Part shown: in pieces, positions 46,918-56,363 of the stretch | Layout of the letters: the number at the start of each line of letters is the position of its first letter | Numbering within the stretch: position 1 is the first letter of the stretch | IMG/VR virus record: IMGVR_UViG_3300020428_000009 | DNA length: 64,000 bases | From: an uncultured virus (IMG/VR IMGVR_UViG_3300020428_000009) | Lineage: Duplodnaviria > Heunggongvirae > Uroviricota > Caudoviricetes | Strand: one strand, 5' to 3' | Position numbers and translations under genes: made by a program | Notes under the pieces: generated by a model | What the model was told of the DNA's origin: nothing | What the model saw: only the letters and a program-made list of their open reading frames with translations | The model's database searches: none

Positions 46918-49173
46918 ATGGAAAAGACACTACAAGACTTTATTCCTTTAGACGAAGGAGTTTACGATCCAGGCATATTTAAAGCCGTGTTTTTGGCTGG
47001 CGGTCCTGGCTCTGGAAAATCTTTCATTGTCGGTCAAACTGCACTTCCCGCACTTGGACTAAAACTTGTCAATTCTGATCAGGCATTTGAACGAGCATTA
47101 GAATTAGCAGGGTTAGAGCCAACTCAAGATAACATATTTTCCAGTAAAGGACAATCTATCAGAGATCGTGCTAAATTTGTTACTAACAAAAGAAAGCAAG
47201 GATTTGTTGATGGTCGTTTAGGTTTAACGATAGACGGCACTGGTAGAGATGTTAAGAAAATACTTTCCCAGAAAACAGAACTAGAAAAACTGGGTTATCA
47301 AACTGCTATGATATTTGTGAATACAGATTTAAATACTGCTATAGATAGAGATAAGGCACGACAAAGAACGCTAGGTAAAGATCAAGTTTCTCCTATGTGG
47401 AGAGCAGTACAGAATAACATAGGGCAATTCCAACAGCATTTCAGACATAATATGTTTATTGTTGATAATTCAACTGATGCTGATTATAAAACGCAGACAT
47501 TAGATGTTTACAGAAAGATTGGTGCATGGATTAGATCGGCACCGACTTCTAACAAAGCAAAGAAGTGGATTAATAATCAGATGGTTATGAAGCGATCACT
47601 AAAACCAACAAAATTCACTCGTATGGGAGAACAGTTGAACAATGCCCAATATGCATTGTCTGGAATAGGTGAAGAAGATATTGGAAGAAACGGTAGTGTT
47701 ATAAAAAATCGAATAGGCAAATCTTCACAGCAAAGAAAAGCAGAGAAGAAAAAACAGAAGATCAAAACTCTTTCCATAAAAATTGATGAGAAAATAAAAG
47801 ATATGGAAATGGGCGAAGTCATTAAAGATTTCTACAAAAGTGACGCCCCACAATTCAAAGGCAAATCCAAGAAAAAACGCCGAGAGATGGCTATTGCCGC
47901 CAAATTGGCTACCGAGTGTGTAGACGAAAAAGATTTTAAACCACACATGATGTACGATCCTAAAACTGGGAAAGGTTACATGGCAAAGAAGTATGAAGAC
48001 CATGTAAGAATGGACAAAAAAGGATATGTACATGAAAAGCCAGAAGTAAAAGAAGCATACAAGAAATTGTCTGCACAACAAAGATTCAACAATAGATTAA
48101 AATCTAAACATGGTATTGATCTGGACGCAAATGCAAAGTACTATAAGAGCGTAGCAGACAAATATAGACAGAAAATAAAAGATGCAGAGGTCAAGAAAGA
48201 AGAGATAGTACCTCGATATATGAAGAGACCTATCGGCAAAATAGTACATAAGAAGAAGTATGAGTACGCATTAAAACTCTTAAAAGATTTGTTAGCCAGA
48301 AAGAGAAGAGAATCTGGTGGACATATGCGACATGCTGACAACTATTATGCCGCTCAAATTATTAGGTCTACATTTCCTAAGTACTTAGATAGTAAAGTAC
48401 TCGTTGGCATGCTTGGAGAAACTGCCGAATATAAAGCGGCAATGGGACCAGGTAGTCACGAATGGGGAACTCCGCAAGGCACAGAATACTTTAAGAAATT
48501 AACTCCGGGTCAATCTACACAAGATGACTATAAAGAGACTAATAGCAAAGAGTTTTTAGAAATACCTAAAGACTTTGAGTTTAGTGAGGTAGAGATCGCT
48601 CAGATGGAAACTGACATCGATAACTTAACATTTGATGATATGATTAAGTTAGATATGTATGATCCAGAAGAACTGCAAGACATAGAAGATTCTGCGGCCT
48701 TCGAATCACTTCCTCCAAATGATATAAGTAGTAGTGATGAAGAGGTCCAGATCATTGAAGTTCTGTCAATTCAAGGTAGAATGAAGCGTAGATTCGCCGC
48801 TAGAAGGAATCGTCAAAAGTTGAAAGTTGCTAGAATGAGAGCATCAAGACGAGCGGCAGATCCTGCTAGAATTAAGAAAAGAGCAACTAGAGGTGCTAGA
48901 AACATAATCAAGGCAAGATTCGCTAGAGGTCGTGATATGTCTGCAATGCCGCCTCAAGAGAAAGCCAGAATTGAAGCAATGGCAAAACGATTTGCTCCTC
49001 TAGTACAAAGATTAGCCGTGAGAATGGTTCCTCAAGTAAGAAAGAATGAGTTAGCAAGAATTAAAAAAGGTAGTGCAGGAAAACCACAGAAAGCGAAGAA
49101 ATTTAAAGTAAGTAAGGGCGGTAGTGCTAGTAAATATGCCGCTAAAAAATTCAAGGTAGCGAAAAAGAAATGA
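46918..49173 (+). CDS. Multi-module protein: N-terminal P-loop kinase (PNK/zeta-toxin-like) followed by basic modules; probable internal virion protein
   Basis: AGGPGSGKS, NSD, IDGTG, R-x-x-x-R lid; K/R-rich remainder. Confidence 0.7.
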   Translation: MEKTLQDFIPLDEGVYDPGIFKAVFLAGGPGSGKSFIVGQTALPALGLKLVNSDQAFERALELAGLEPTQDNIFSSKGQSIRDRAKFVTNKRKQGFVDGRLGLTIDGTGRDVKKILSQKTELEKLGYQTAMIFVNTDLNTAIDRDKARQRTLGKDQVSPMWRAVQNNIGQFQQHFRHNMFIVDNSTDADYKTQTLDVYRKIGAWIRSAPTSNKAKKWINNQMVMKRSLKPTKFTRMGEQLNNAQYALSGIGEEDIGRNGSVIKNRIGKSSQQRKAEKKKQKIKTLSIKIDEKIKDMEMGEVIKDFYKSDAPQFKGKSKKKRREMAIAAKLATECVDEKDFKPHMMYDPKTGKGYMAKKYEDHVRMDKKGYVHEKPEVKEAYKKLSAQQRFNNRLKSKHGIDLDANAKYYKSVADKYRQKIKDAEVKKEEIVPRYMKRPIGKIVHKKKYEYALKLLKDLLARKRRESGGHMRHADNYYAAQIIRSTFPKYLDSKVLVGMLGETAEYKAAMGPGSHEWGTPQGTEYFKKLTPGQSTQDDYKETNSKEFLEIPKDFEFSEVEIAQMETDIDNLTFDDMIKLDMYDPEELQDIEDSAAFESLPPNDISSSDEEVQIIEVLSIQGRMKRRFAARRNRQKLKVARMRASRRAADPARIKKRATRGARNIIKARFARGRDMSAMPPQEKARIEAMAKRFAPLVQRLAVRMVPQVRKNELARIKKGSAGKPQKAKKFKVSKGGSASKYAAKKFKVAKKK

Positions 49174-49469
49174 AGACATTTTTTGAGTTTTATGATTTTG
49201 GCTGGATCACAGAAGATAATGCGGAAGGCTTGTCTGTCGGTGGTGGACATAAGCGATCTGTCAAACAAGGTGCAGGACTCACAAAGAAAGGTGTCGAGAA
49301 GTATCGTAGACAAAACCCAGGTTCTAAATTACAAACCGCAGTTACTACTCCTCCTTCTAAGTTGAAAAAAGGAAGTAAGGCTGCTGGTAGACGAAAATCA
49401 TTTTGTGCCCGTTCTCGTGGATGGACGGGAGAAAGAGGTAAAGCGGCCAGACGCCGCTGGAACTGTTAA
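49170..49469 (+). CDS. Basic conserved phage protein (RRKSFCAR..RRWNC family)
   Basis: GLTKKGV..NPGSKL..RRKSFCARS; MKTFFEF N-terminus. Confidence 0.7.
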   Translation: MKTFFEFYDFGWITEDNAEGLSVGGGHKRSVKQGAGLTKKGVEKYRRQNPGSKLQTAVTTPPSKLKKGSKAAGRRKSFCARSRGWTGERGKAARRRWNC

Positions 49470-49482
49470 TAAGGAGAAGGAT

Positions 49483-49563
49483 ATGTGTGAGAATCCAAAT
49501 TGTAAATGTGAAAACTGCACTTGCAACCCTTGCAAATGTACAGGTAGAGATTGCGGGTGCTAA
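49483..49563 (+). CDS. Cys-rich metallothionein-like peptide, 26 aa (not in ORF track)
   Basis: AAGGAG RBS; MCENPNCKCENCTCNPCKCTGRDCGC, 9 Cys; next ATG abuts the stop. Confidence 0.75.
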   Translation: MCENPNCKCENCTCNPCKCTGRDCGC

Positions 49564-49704
49564 ATGGGTAGAGCAATACCGCCAGGTAAGTATGTTAAGA
49601 AGCCCAAATTGAAAACGGTAAAAAAGTCTGACGCAATGAAAAGACTGTGGGGTGCTGGACAGACAAAAGTTGGATCACAGGATACATATAAAGAGAAGAG
49701 TTAA
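49564..49704 (+). CDS. Small basic protein (46 aa, not in ORF track)
   Basis: Tiles between neighbouring genes; MGRAIPPGKYVKKPK... Confidence 0.5.
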   Translation: MGRAIPPGKYVKKPKLKTVKKSDAMKRLWGAGQTKVGSQDTYKEKS

Positions 49705-49707
49705 ATC

Positions 49708-49959
49708 ATGTGGGATCGCATTGTAAGATATATAAAGACATTGTTTCTAGAAGAATATGTTTTAACAATATATTTTCCAGATAAAATACAGAAGAACCCA
49801 GATGGTTCTACTATTCAAGGATTTGCGCCAAAGACTTTTAATTGTAAAGCGATAAAAAAACTATCTGATAAAAATATAGTGTTTATAGACACAGATGATA
49901 TACGACACGAAGTAAAGGTCACGCAACCCGTCGGGTACGATTTGAAGAAAATTTATTAA
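49708..49959 (+). CDS. Hypothetical protein
   Basis: Tiles within operon. Confidence 0.55.
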   Translation: MWDRIVRYIKTLFLEEYVLTIYFPDKIQKNPDGSTIQGFAPKTFNCKAIKKLSDKNIVFIDTDDIRHEVKVTQPVGYDLKKIY

Positions 49960-49971
49960 TATGGAAGAAAG

Positions 49972-51579
49972 ATGGCAGTTGATGTTTTGCTTTTTACAGG
50001 GCTTGCTGGGTATTCACACGATACCGATTTTTTAACGGGTGAACCCATATACGAAACTAGGGGTAGAACTTCTGGAAGTTACCGCCTAGCCACTTATCTA
50101 AGAGAAGAATGTGAATTAGATGTCGAGGTAATCGACTTCATGTTTTCTTGGAGAAAAGAGGAACTAGAAGAAATTATAAAATCTAGAGTTGGTGCTAACA
50201 CTAAACTCTGTGGTGTAGGTGGTCTATTCATGATACACGCACCAGTTATCCAACACGCATTTGCATACATTAAAGAAAATTATCCGCATGTGACAACATG
50301 TGCTGGCAGTCAAGATATTTGGTCAATAGCACAAGTCCAAAATATAGATTACTATGTCTCTGGTTATGGAGAGTTAGGCGTAGAGGCAATAATTAAGGGT
50401 AATCCTATTTTCAAAGAAGATCAGATAATGCCAGGTGCACCTAAGTTCAAACACATCGATTGCTTAAACACAAAAGAATATAATGCATTTCCTTGGACTA
50501 AATTGTCAATTAACTATCAAGATAGAGATTACATTCTTCCTCATGAAACGCTGTCTATGGAAACTTCAAGAGGATGTAAGTTTGCATGTTCGTATTGTAA
50601 CTTTCCTATTCTTGGTGTTAAAGGAGATTATACCAGAAGTGCTGAAGACTTTGAACTTGATGTTAAAAGAAACTTTGATAAGTGGGGAACCACAGACTAC
50701 ATTATAACTGATGATACTTTCAATGACTACATAGAGAAAATTAGAAAATATGCTGATGTTGTCCAATCATTAGATTTTAGCCCAAATTTTATGGGATACA
50801 TTCGTGCTGATCTGATGACCCTGAGAAAACATGATGTTGATGAATTAATAAGAATGCGGTTCAATAGTCATATGTATGGTATAGAAAGTACCAATCATGC
50901 ATCAGCGAAATCGATAGGTAAAGGCGGTAAGCCAGAAATTATATTACCTAGAATACTAGAAGCAAAACAAAGATTTTTAAAAGAAACTGGTTTCTACCGA
51001 GGAGAGATGAGTTTTATTTGGGGTCTGCCATACGAAACGCCAGAGACTATGCAAAAGACGCTTGATTGGCTAGATGAAAATTGGGTAGGTGAAGCAGTCT
51101 CCCTGTTTCAATTAAATATCATTAAGGCTGGTGGTATTACAAGAGAGAATGACATGAGCCGCAACATGCACAAATATGGTTACACTACCGCAGATCCTGC
51201 CACAGTGACTAGAGTGACCAATCAGTTTGACGAAATATTGGCAGATCCAGAAATAACTGAATATCAAAAAAGCAGAATACGGACTCAGATGCCGAATCAA
51301 ACACCAGATCATCCTAGATTTAAAATTCATACTGAACTATGGCAAAACGAACATTGGGATGTTATTGGTGCATGGGTTGAAGTCATGAAAAATTTGATTG
51401 GACATAAAAGATATCTTGACAGAGGTATTCCCACATTTAATCAGGGTAATTGGCTAAGTGTGGGATTCAAAAAAGAAGATATGATGAAGACTTTTAGAGA
51501 ATTGCCCAGTATGATGAACCCACCACAAGAGATGGTAAAACAATCCATTGAAGATTATAAGTATAAGAAACTTTCATGA
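49972..51579 (+). CDS. Radical SAM protein with N-terminal B12-binding-like domain (class B type)
   Basis: ETSRGCKFACSYC, DDTF, GIES, GLPYET; GYGE motif before the SAM core. Confidence 0.85.
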   Translation: MAVDVLLFTGLAGYSHDTDFLTGEPIYETRGRTSGSYRLATYLREECELDVEVIDFMFSWRKEELEEIIKSRVGANTKLCGVGGLFMIHAPVIQHAFAYIKENYPHVTTCAGSQDIWSIAQVQNIDYYVSGYGELGVEAIIKGNPIFKEDQIMPGAPKFKHIDCLNTKEYNAFPWTKLSINYQDRDYILPHETLSMETSRGCKFACSYCNFPILGVKGDYTRSAEDFELDVKRNFDKWGTTDYIITDDTFNDYIEKIRKYADVVQSLDFSPNFMGYIRADLMTLRKHDVDELIRMRFNSHMYGIESTNHASAKSIGKGGKPEIILPRILEAKQRFLKETGFYRGEMSFIWGLPYETPETMQKTLDWLDENWVGEAVSLFQLNIIKAGGITRENDMSRNMHKYGYTTADPATVTRVTNQFDEILADPEITEYQKSRIRTQMPNQTPDHPRFKIHTELWQNEHWDVIGAWVEVMKNLIGHKRYLDRGIPTFNQGNWLSVGFKKEDMMKTFRELPSMMNPPQEMVKQSIEDYKYKKLS

Positions 51580-51591
51580 GCATTTTGAATT

Positions 51592-51599
51592 TATAAATA
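51592..51599 (+). promoter_or_regulatory. T4-type late promoter TATAAATA
   Basis: Exact intergenic motif. Confidence 0.8.
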
Positions 51600-51636
51600 G
51601 TATGACATAATAAAAACGATCAACGGAGATTCAGAA

Positions 51637-54036
51637 ATGCCAGTCGAAAGGAATATACGGGAGATTCTCAGTGGGCAAGCCGCATTGAACGAGGCAGACA
51701 CTAACAAAAGATTGGATATGCTTGTTAGACAGGGTTTAATGTCTCAAGCAAAATTACCTATCTTACGCAGAGGTCTAGATAAACTCAAAGGCGGGAAAGC
51801 ACTTGCTCCAAATGAGAGGGATGCAGTAAATACTTTAATGAATTCATTTATGTATATTGTTCTTGGAGACGATACAGTTTTCACAAGAGCCAAGATGCAT
51901 ACTCAGAAAAATAAATATCAATCAGAAGAAGAACATCACGATAACCCAGAAGAACATGATGATGATGAGTACGAAGAAGTTCTTGCTGATGGTGATAATT
52001 TTGTAGGAGAAGAAGACTTGACAGAGAAAGATATAAAGCAACCCAAAGCAGAAGAGCCAACCGCAAATCATCCAGCAGAGACTAGCACAGAAGGAGACAC
52101 ATCACCGCCAACACAAGGCGATTCAGATGCTAAAGATAGAGAGCATATGTGTGTCAGTAAAATGTTCAAGAAAGACTTGGGAGAAGGCAAATGTATCCCT
52201 GGCGAACATGCTGAACCAGATGCTGATGGACATGTTGAATGGTATACAGTCATGTTTGAAAGTGGCATTGAAAAGGTATACATCAATGAAGATGATGTTG
52301 AAGTTCTTGAAGAAGCGGGACACTCGCATAAGTCTAAGAAGATGAAGTATGAAGATATGTCTAAGGACAAAGCGGGTCATACCACTGGTGGTTTCAGAAT
52401 TTCCAATAAAGAAGCAGATGCCGCTAAGAGTAGATTGAAGAAAAAGCAATCAGCGAAGGCACAAGTACAAGCCGCGGCTAGAAACATTGATGAGCCTATG
52501 AAAGTGCAACTCGCAAGACGAGCCGAAAATGCGAAGAAGGCTAGGCAACAACTAAAAAAAGAAGATTATGATCTTGTAGCAGACGCCGCAGAAGTAACTT
52601 CGGAAATCGAAGAGGGCAAGAAAAGAGGCTTATGGGATAATATTCATGCTAAGAGAAAGTCTGGTAGAAAAATGAATCCTAAAGGACATCCAGATGCACC
52701 TACTGATGCTGAACTGAAAAAAGCACAGGAAGCATATGACCAGCCTGCTAAGAAAAAGCCAGTGTCTCAAATGACTCCTGCTGAAAAGAAAGAGAATGAT
52801 AGTAGACGAAAGGCTTATAACGAGTTTCAAAAACAAAACCGCAAAGAAGAGACTGAAATAGAAGAGTCAGAATATTCCATGCCTGCAGAGAAGTCCAGAG
52901 AAGAAACTAAAAAGATAAAGGACAAAATGAAGGCAAAAAATAAATTAAGACCTAAAGGATACAGCGAAGAAACGGTATACACAGAAGACTATAAAACTGG
53001 TCACAAGTCTTATACTGATGCAGTTAATCACGCAATGGATCATCACAAAAAGGGTGGATTAGAATCTTCCGCAGATGACAAAGCACAACATATAGGTCTG
53101 GATTCTAAAAAGCCAGGAAAAGGTAAAACTACCCGTGTAAATCTTCCTGCTAAAGATAAAAATGGCAAGAAGCATATGGTCCACATGCAAGTCTATAACA
53201 AAGGTGGTTCACATCCATATGAGTTAAACACATACTCAAGCACATCAAAAGCATTACAAAAAGAAGGAGCATTTAAGAGAATGGCTACCGATGCTGAAGA
53301 AGATGCAAGATTGAAAGCACAGAAAAAAGCCGCTAAGACATCTAAAAATGCCGCAAATAAAGAGAAGGAAACTGATCCTGGCATAAAAGAAGCGTACAAA
53401 AAGAAATTTGATGCTATGCTGAAGAAAACTGGTAAATCTCTTGGAGACATGTCAGATGACGAGAAGAAGAAATTCTTCAAAAAAGTTGATGCATCACACA
53501 CAGCGAAGAACGAAAGTTTAATTTCTTTTGACGATTTCGATCTCAAAGAATACATCACATCTAAGCAAGTTAAGATGGCAAAAGGTATTGCTTTTGACAA
53601 GAGACATAAGGGCGGAGATATGACGGGCGCCGCAAAGAAGATGGAGAAGATTAAGAAAGGTCTCTCTAATCACCCTGGCGCACAGAAAGCATTACGAAAA
53701 GCGAATGAAGAAACTGATCTTGAAGAAGGTGCTTATAGCGATGCACGAAGAGATGCCGCTAGAGATAGTCGAGGACTAGCATCAACGAAAAAAGACAGAC
53801 CTGATGTAAAACATGATGCAAAGAAAGATTCGGGTCCTGAACACATTGTTCCTCAACTGCGAAAGGCTGTTAGTATAGGAAAGCATGTAACTTTTAAAGA
53901 TGGCAAAAGCCATAGAGTTTCACAAGCACATGCAAGTAAATTCCTAAACAAATATCTATCTTCTAAGCCAGCAGACAAAGAAAAAATGCAGGATCACGCT
54001 CATCAAAGTCATAAACACTTTATGAAACATGTCTAA
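51637..54036 (+). CDS. Large K/E/H-rich modular late protein, probable internal head protein
   Basis: Late promoter; N-terminus resembles gp22; basic modules separated by xxE/EE sites. Confidence 0.6.
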   Translation: MPVERNIREILSGQAALNEADTNKRLDMLVRQGLMSQAKLPILRRGLDKLKGGKALAPNERDAVNTLMNSFMYIVLGDDTVFTRAKMHTQKNKYQSEEEHHDNPEEHDDDEYEEVLADGDNFVGEEDLTEKDIKQPKAEEPTANHPAETSTEGDTSPPTQGDSDAKDREHMCVSKMFKKDLGEGKCIPGEHAEPDADGHVEWYTVMFESGIEKVYINEDDVEVLEEAGHSHKSKKMKYEDMSKDKAGHTTGGFRISNKEADAAKSRLKKKQSAKAQVQAAARNIDEPMKVQLARRAENAKKARQQLKKEDYDLVADAAEVTSEIEEGKKRGLWDNIHAKRKSGRKMNPKGHPDAPTDAELKKAQEAYDQPAKKKPVSQMTPAEKKENDSRRKAYNEFQKQNRKEETEIEESEYSMPAEKSREETKKIKDKMKAKNKLRPKGYSEETVYTEDYKTGHKSYTDAVNHAMDHHKKGGLESSADDKAQHIGLDSKKPGKGKTTRVNLPAKDKNGKKHMVHMQVYNKGGSHPYELNTYSSTSKALQKEGAFKRMATDAEEDARLKAQKKAAKTSKNAANKEKETDPGIKEAYKKKFDAMLKKTGKSLGDMSDDEKKKFFKKVDASHTAKNESLISFDDFDLKEYITSKQVKMAKGIAFDKRHKGGDMTGAAKKMEKIKKGLSNHPGAQKALRKANEETDLEEGAYSDARRDAARDSRGLASTKKDRPDVKHDAKKDSGPEHIVPQLRKAVSIGKHVTFKDGKSHRVSQAHASKFLNKYLSSKPADKEKMQDHAHQSHKHFMKHV

Positions 54037-54073
54037 ATAATAAATAGTATTAAACTTTTAAAGGAGAAACAAA

Positions 54074-55894
54074 ATGTCAGGTTGGGGAAAAGCAGATGAT
54101 AAGACATCTACTGGAACGGTAACGCTAACCGCTCCCACCGTTACTTTTAACGGTGCCAGTGCTGTTGATTCCAATACTATCACAAGTTCCGCACATCCTT
54201 TCCGTAATGGCGATTATGTCAAATACGAAGATGGAGGTGGTACTCAAGTAGTTGGTCTAACAGACACATCTAGTTACTATGTTACTAATGTAGCGACAAA
54301 CACTCTACAGTTGGCGGCAAGCCAGGCAGATGCCTTGCACAATAATCCAACTGTAATTACACTTTCAGACGGTGCTGGTGCATCACACACTCTTACGCTA
54401 GAATTTGCTAGGGGAACACGAGGCAGTATTGCCGGTGGTTCAACTGCATTTACAACTGAATCCGCTACTGGCGATATTTTGGTTGTAGGCGATCAGCAAA
54501 TGCAAATTCTCTCTATAGCGAGTAATACTTCTGCTATCGTAGAGAATTTAGATCGTGCTACTGCACTATCAGCATTTTCTGGACAAGCGTATACGCTGAA
54601 CGAGAAACCTAATACAATTGGAGCAGACGCTAACACATTGGGCTCTTCAGTATTTGGTGTAGACAATACAGAAATTGTGCGTGGCTCAGATAACATCGTT
54701 AGTATCGGTGTTAATGAGGCTGGCGCAGGATATCTAGAAGCACCTACAATTACTGTTGCTGGTCCTACTGCAAGAACTATTGCTACTACCGCAGTAACTA
54801 CGGCTTCTGATAGTATTACAATTTCTGATCACAATCTTACCACTGGTTCTAAGTTGACTTACGCTGATGGATCTGGTACTGCTCTTGCTGGTTTGTCTGA
54901 TGGAACCACTTATTTCGTAATCAAGGTTGACAACGACACTATTAAGTTGGCAACAAACTTGACAAATGCAAATGCTGGTACCGTAATCACACTTACTGGA
55001 ACTGGTAACAACGCTCAGACACTTACTGGTGTAACTGCTACTGCTACAGCCGCAGTTTCTGGTGGTGTTATAACAGGATATACTGTAACAGAAGTTGGTA
55101 GTGACTATCTTGCCGCTCCTGCTGTAACTGTACCTATTCCTGATAGGACTATTCCTACATCGGGTGTTACAACTGCAAACACAGATTCTATTGCATATAC
55201 AGCACACGGACTTTCATCACAATTTGAAGTCAAGTATCAAGATGGTGGTGGTACTGCACTTGCTGGTTTAGTTGATAATACATCGTACTTTATATCTCAT
55301 GTTGGTCTGTCTGCAAACGCATTCCGACTTGCTACAACATCTGATCTTGCCGGTGGAACTGATTTATCAACGGTTGTTATTGCTAATACATCTGGTGGAT
55401 TTACTTGTGCCAACGCAACTTTAGCCGCAAATGATCGAGTAGTAATTTCTGGAACATTTGGTGGTTCGGGTTCAATATCTGGTTACTCTGATTCGACAGT
55501 TTATTTGGTTTCTGCTGTAACGGGTACATCACCTAATGTTACTGGTTTCACGCTACAAACTGAAGCAGGTGGTGCTCTAACAACTGTTGCTGGTACACCT
55601 ACTGGTGTAACATACAAGATGGGTACTATCATCAATCTAACAGGAACTGGTAACAACGCACAGACTTTCGATGTTCTTGCAACTAACACTGGTATTACTC
55701 AAGGAACTGCAAATGCTAGTATGGGTGTTGGTGCCGCAGGTGATCAAGGATCAAGTGCCGCACACAGTGGTTGGGTTAAGCGAACAGAAGGAACTGGCGC
55801 GAGGGCTGGTCGAGTCCAATATGAAGTTCTAGTTGCACTCAGCAAGAACGGCATAACAAGTGACGCGGCTGACGATACCGAATTCTCAGAATAG
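54074..55894 (+). CDS. Virion structural protein with three repeated beta-rich domains
   Basis: T/A/G/S-rich; repeats of H..Y.DG.GT...GL.D.T.Y; C-terminal HSGWV..GRVQYEVLVA. Confidence 0.7.
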   Translation: MSGWGKADDKTSTGTVTLTAPTVTFNGASAVDSNTITSSAHPFRNGDYVKYEDGGGTQVVGLTDTSSYYVTNVATNTLQLAASQADALHNNPTVITLSDGAGASHTLTLEFARGTRGSIAGGSTAFTTESATGDILVVGDQQMQILSIASNTSAIVENLDRATALSAFSGQAYTLNEKPNTIGADANTLGSSVFGVDNTEIVRGSDNIVSIGVNEAGAGYLEAPTITVAGPTARTIATTAVTTASDSITISDHNLTTGSKLTYADGSGTALAGLSDGTTYFVIKVDNDTIKLATNLTNANAGTVITLTGTGNNAQTLTGVTATATAAVSGGVITGYTVTEVGSDYLAAPAVTVPIPDRTIPTSGVTTANTDSIAYTAHGLSSQFEVKYQDGGGTALAGLVDNTSYFISHVGLSANAFRLATTSDLAGGTDLSTVVIANTSGGFTCANATLAANDRVVISGTFGGSGSISGYSDSTVYLVSAVTGTSPNVTGFTLQTEAGGALTTVAGTPTGVTYKMGTIINLTGTGNNAQTFDVLATNTGITQGTANASMGVGAAGDQGSSAAHSGWVKRTEGTGARAGRVQYEVLVALSKNGITSDAADDTEFSE

Positions 55895-55903
55895 GATTAA
55901 CTA

Positions 55904-56347
55904 ATGGCTGATTCTAAGGTATCCGAATTAACAGCGGCTACAGCAGTAGCCGCCGCTGACCAGTTTTACTTAGTTCAAAGTTCTACTAGTAAGAAACTCA
56001 CAGCGGCCAATTTGTTTGCGAATGTCGCAACGCCTGTTAGTTTTTCAGATAAAATCAATATTGCTGGCACCGCTCAAACTTTGACTGGTGCTGGCACTAT
56101 TTCCACTGCAAGCACAATCACATTATTAAATCCTGGTAGCAGTGGCACCTTGGATATCGGCTCTGGCACAGAGGGCCAAATCAAAATTCTTATTATGATT
56201 GCTAATTCTAGTGCGTATGTACTCACGCTAGAAGATTCACAACTTGGTCATACGAGCATACGATTTGATGCTGTGGGAGAAACTGCAACGCTGATATATA
56301 CTAATAGCAAATGGTATTGCATTGGAGGTAATGCCACAGTTTCATAA
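55904..56347 (+). CDS. Probable virion structural protein
   Basis: MADSKVSELTAAT N-terminus; T/A/S-rich. Confidence 0.6.
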   Translation: MADSKVSELTAATAVAAADQFYLVQSSTSKKLTAANLFANVATPVSFSDKINIAGTAQTLTGAGTISTASTITLLNPGSSGTLDIGSGTEGQIKILIMIANSSAYVLTLEDSQLGHTSIRFDAVGETATLIYTNSKWYCIGGNATVS

Positions 56348-56363
56348 TAAAAAGAAGTACAAA

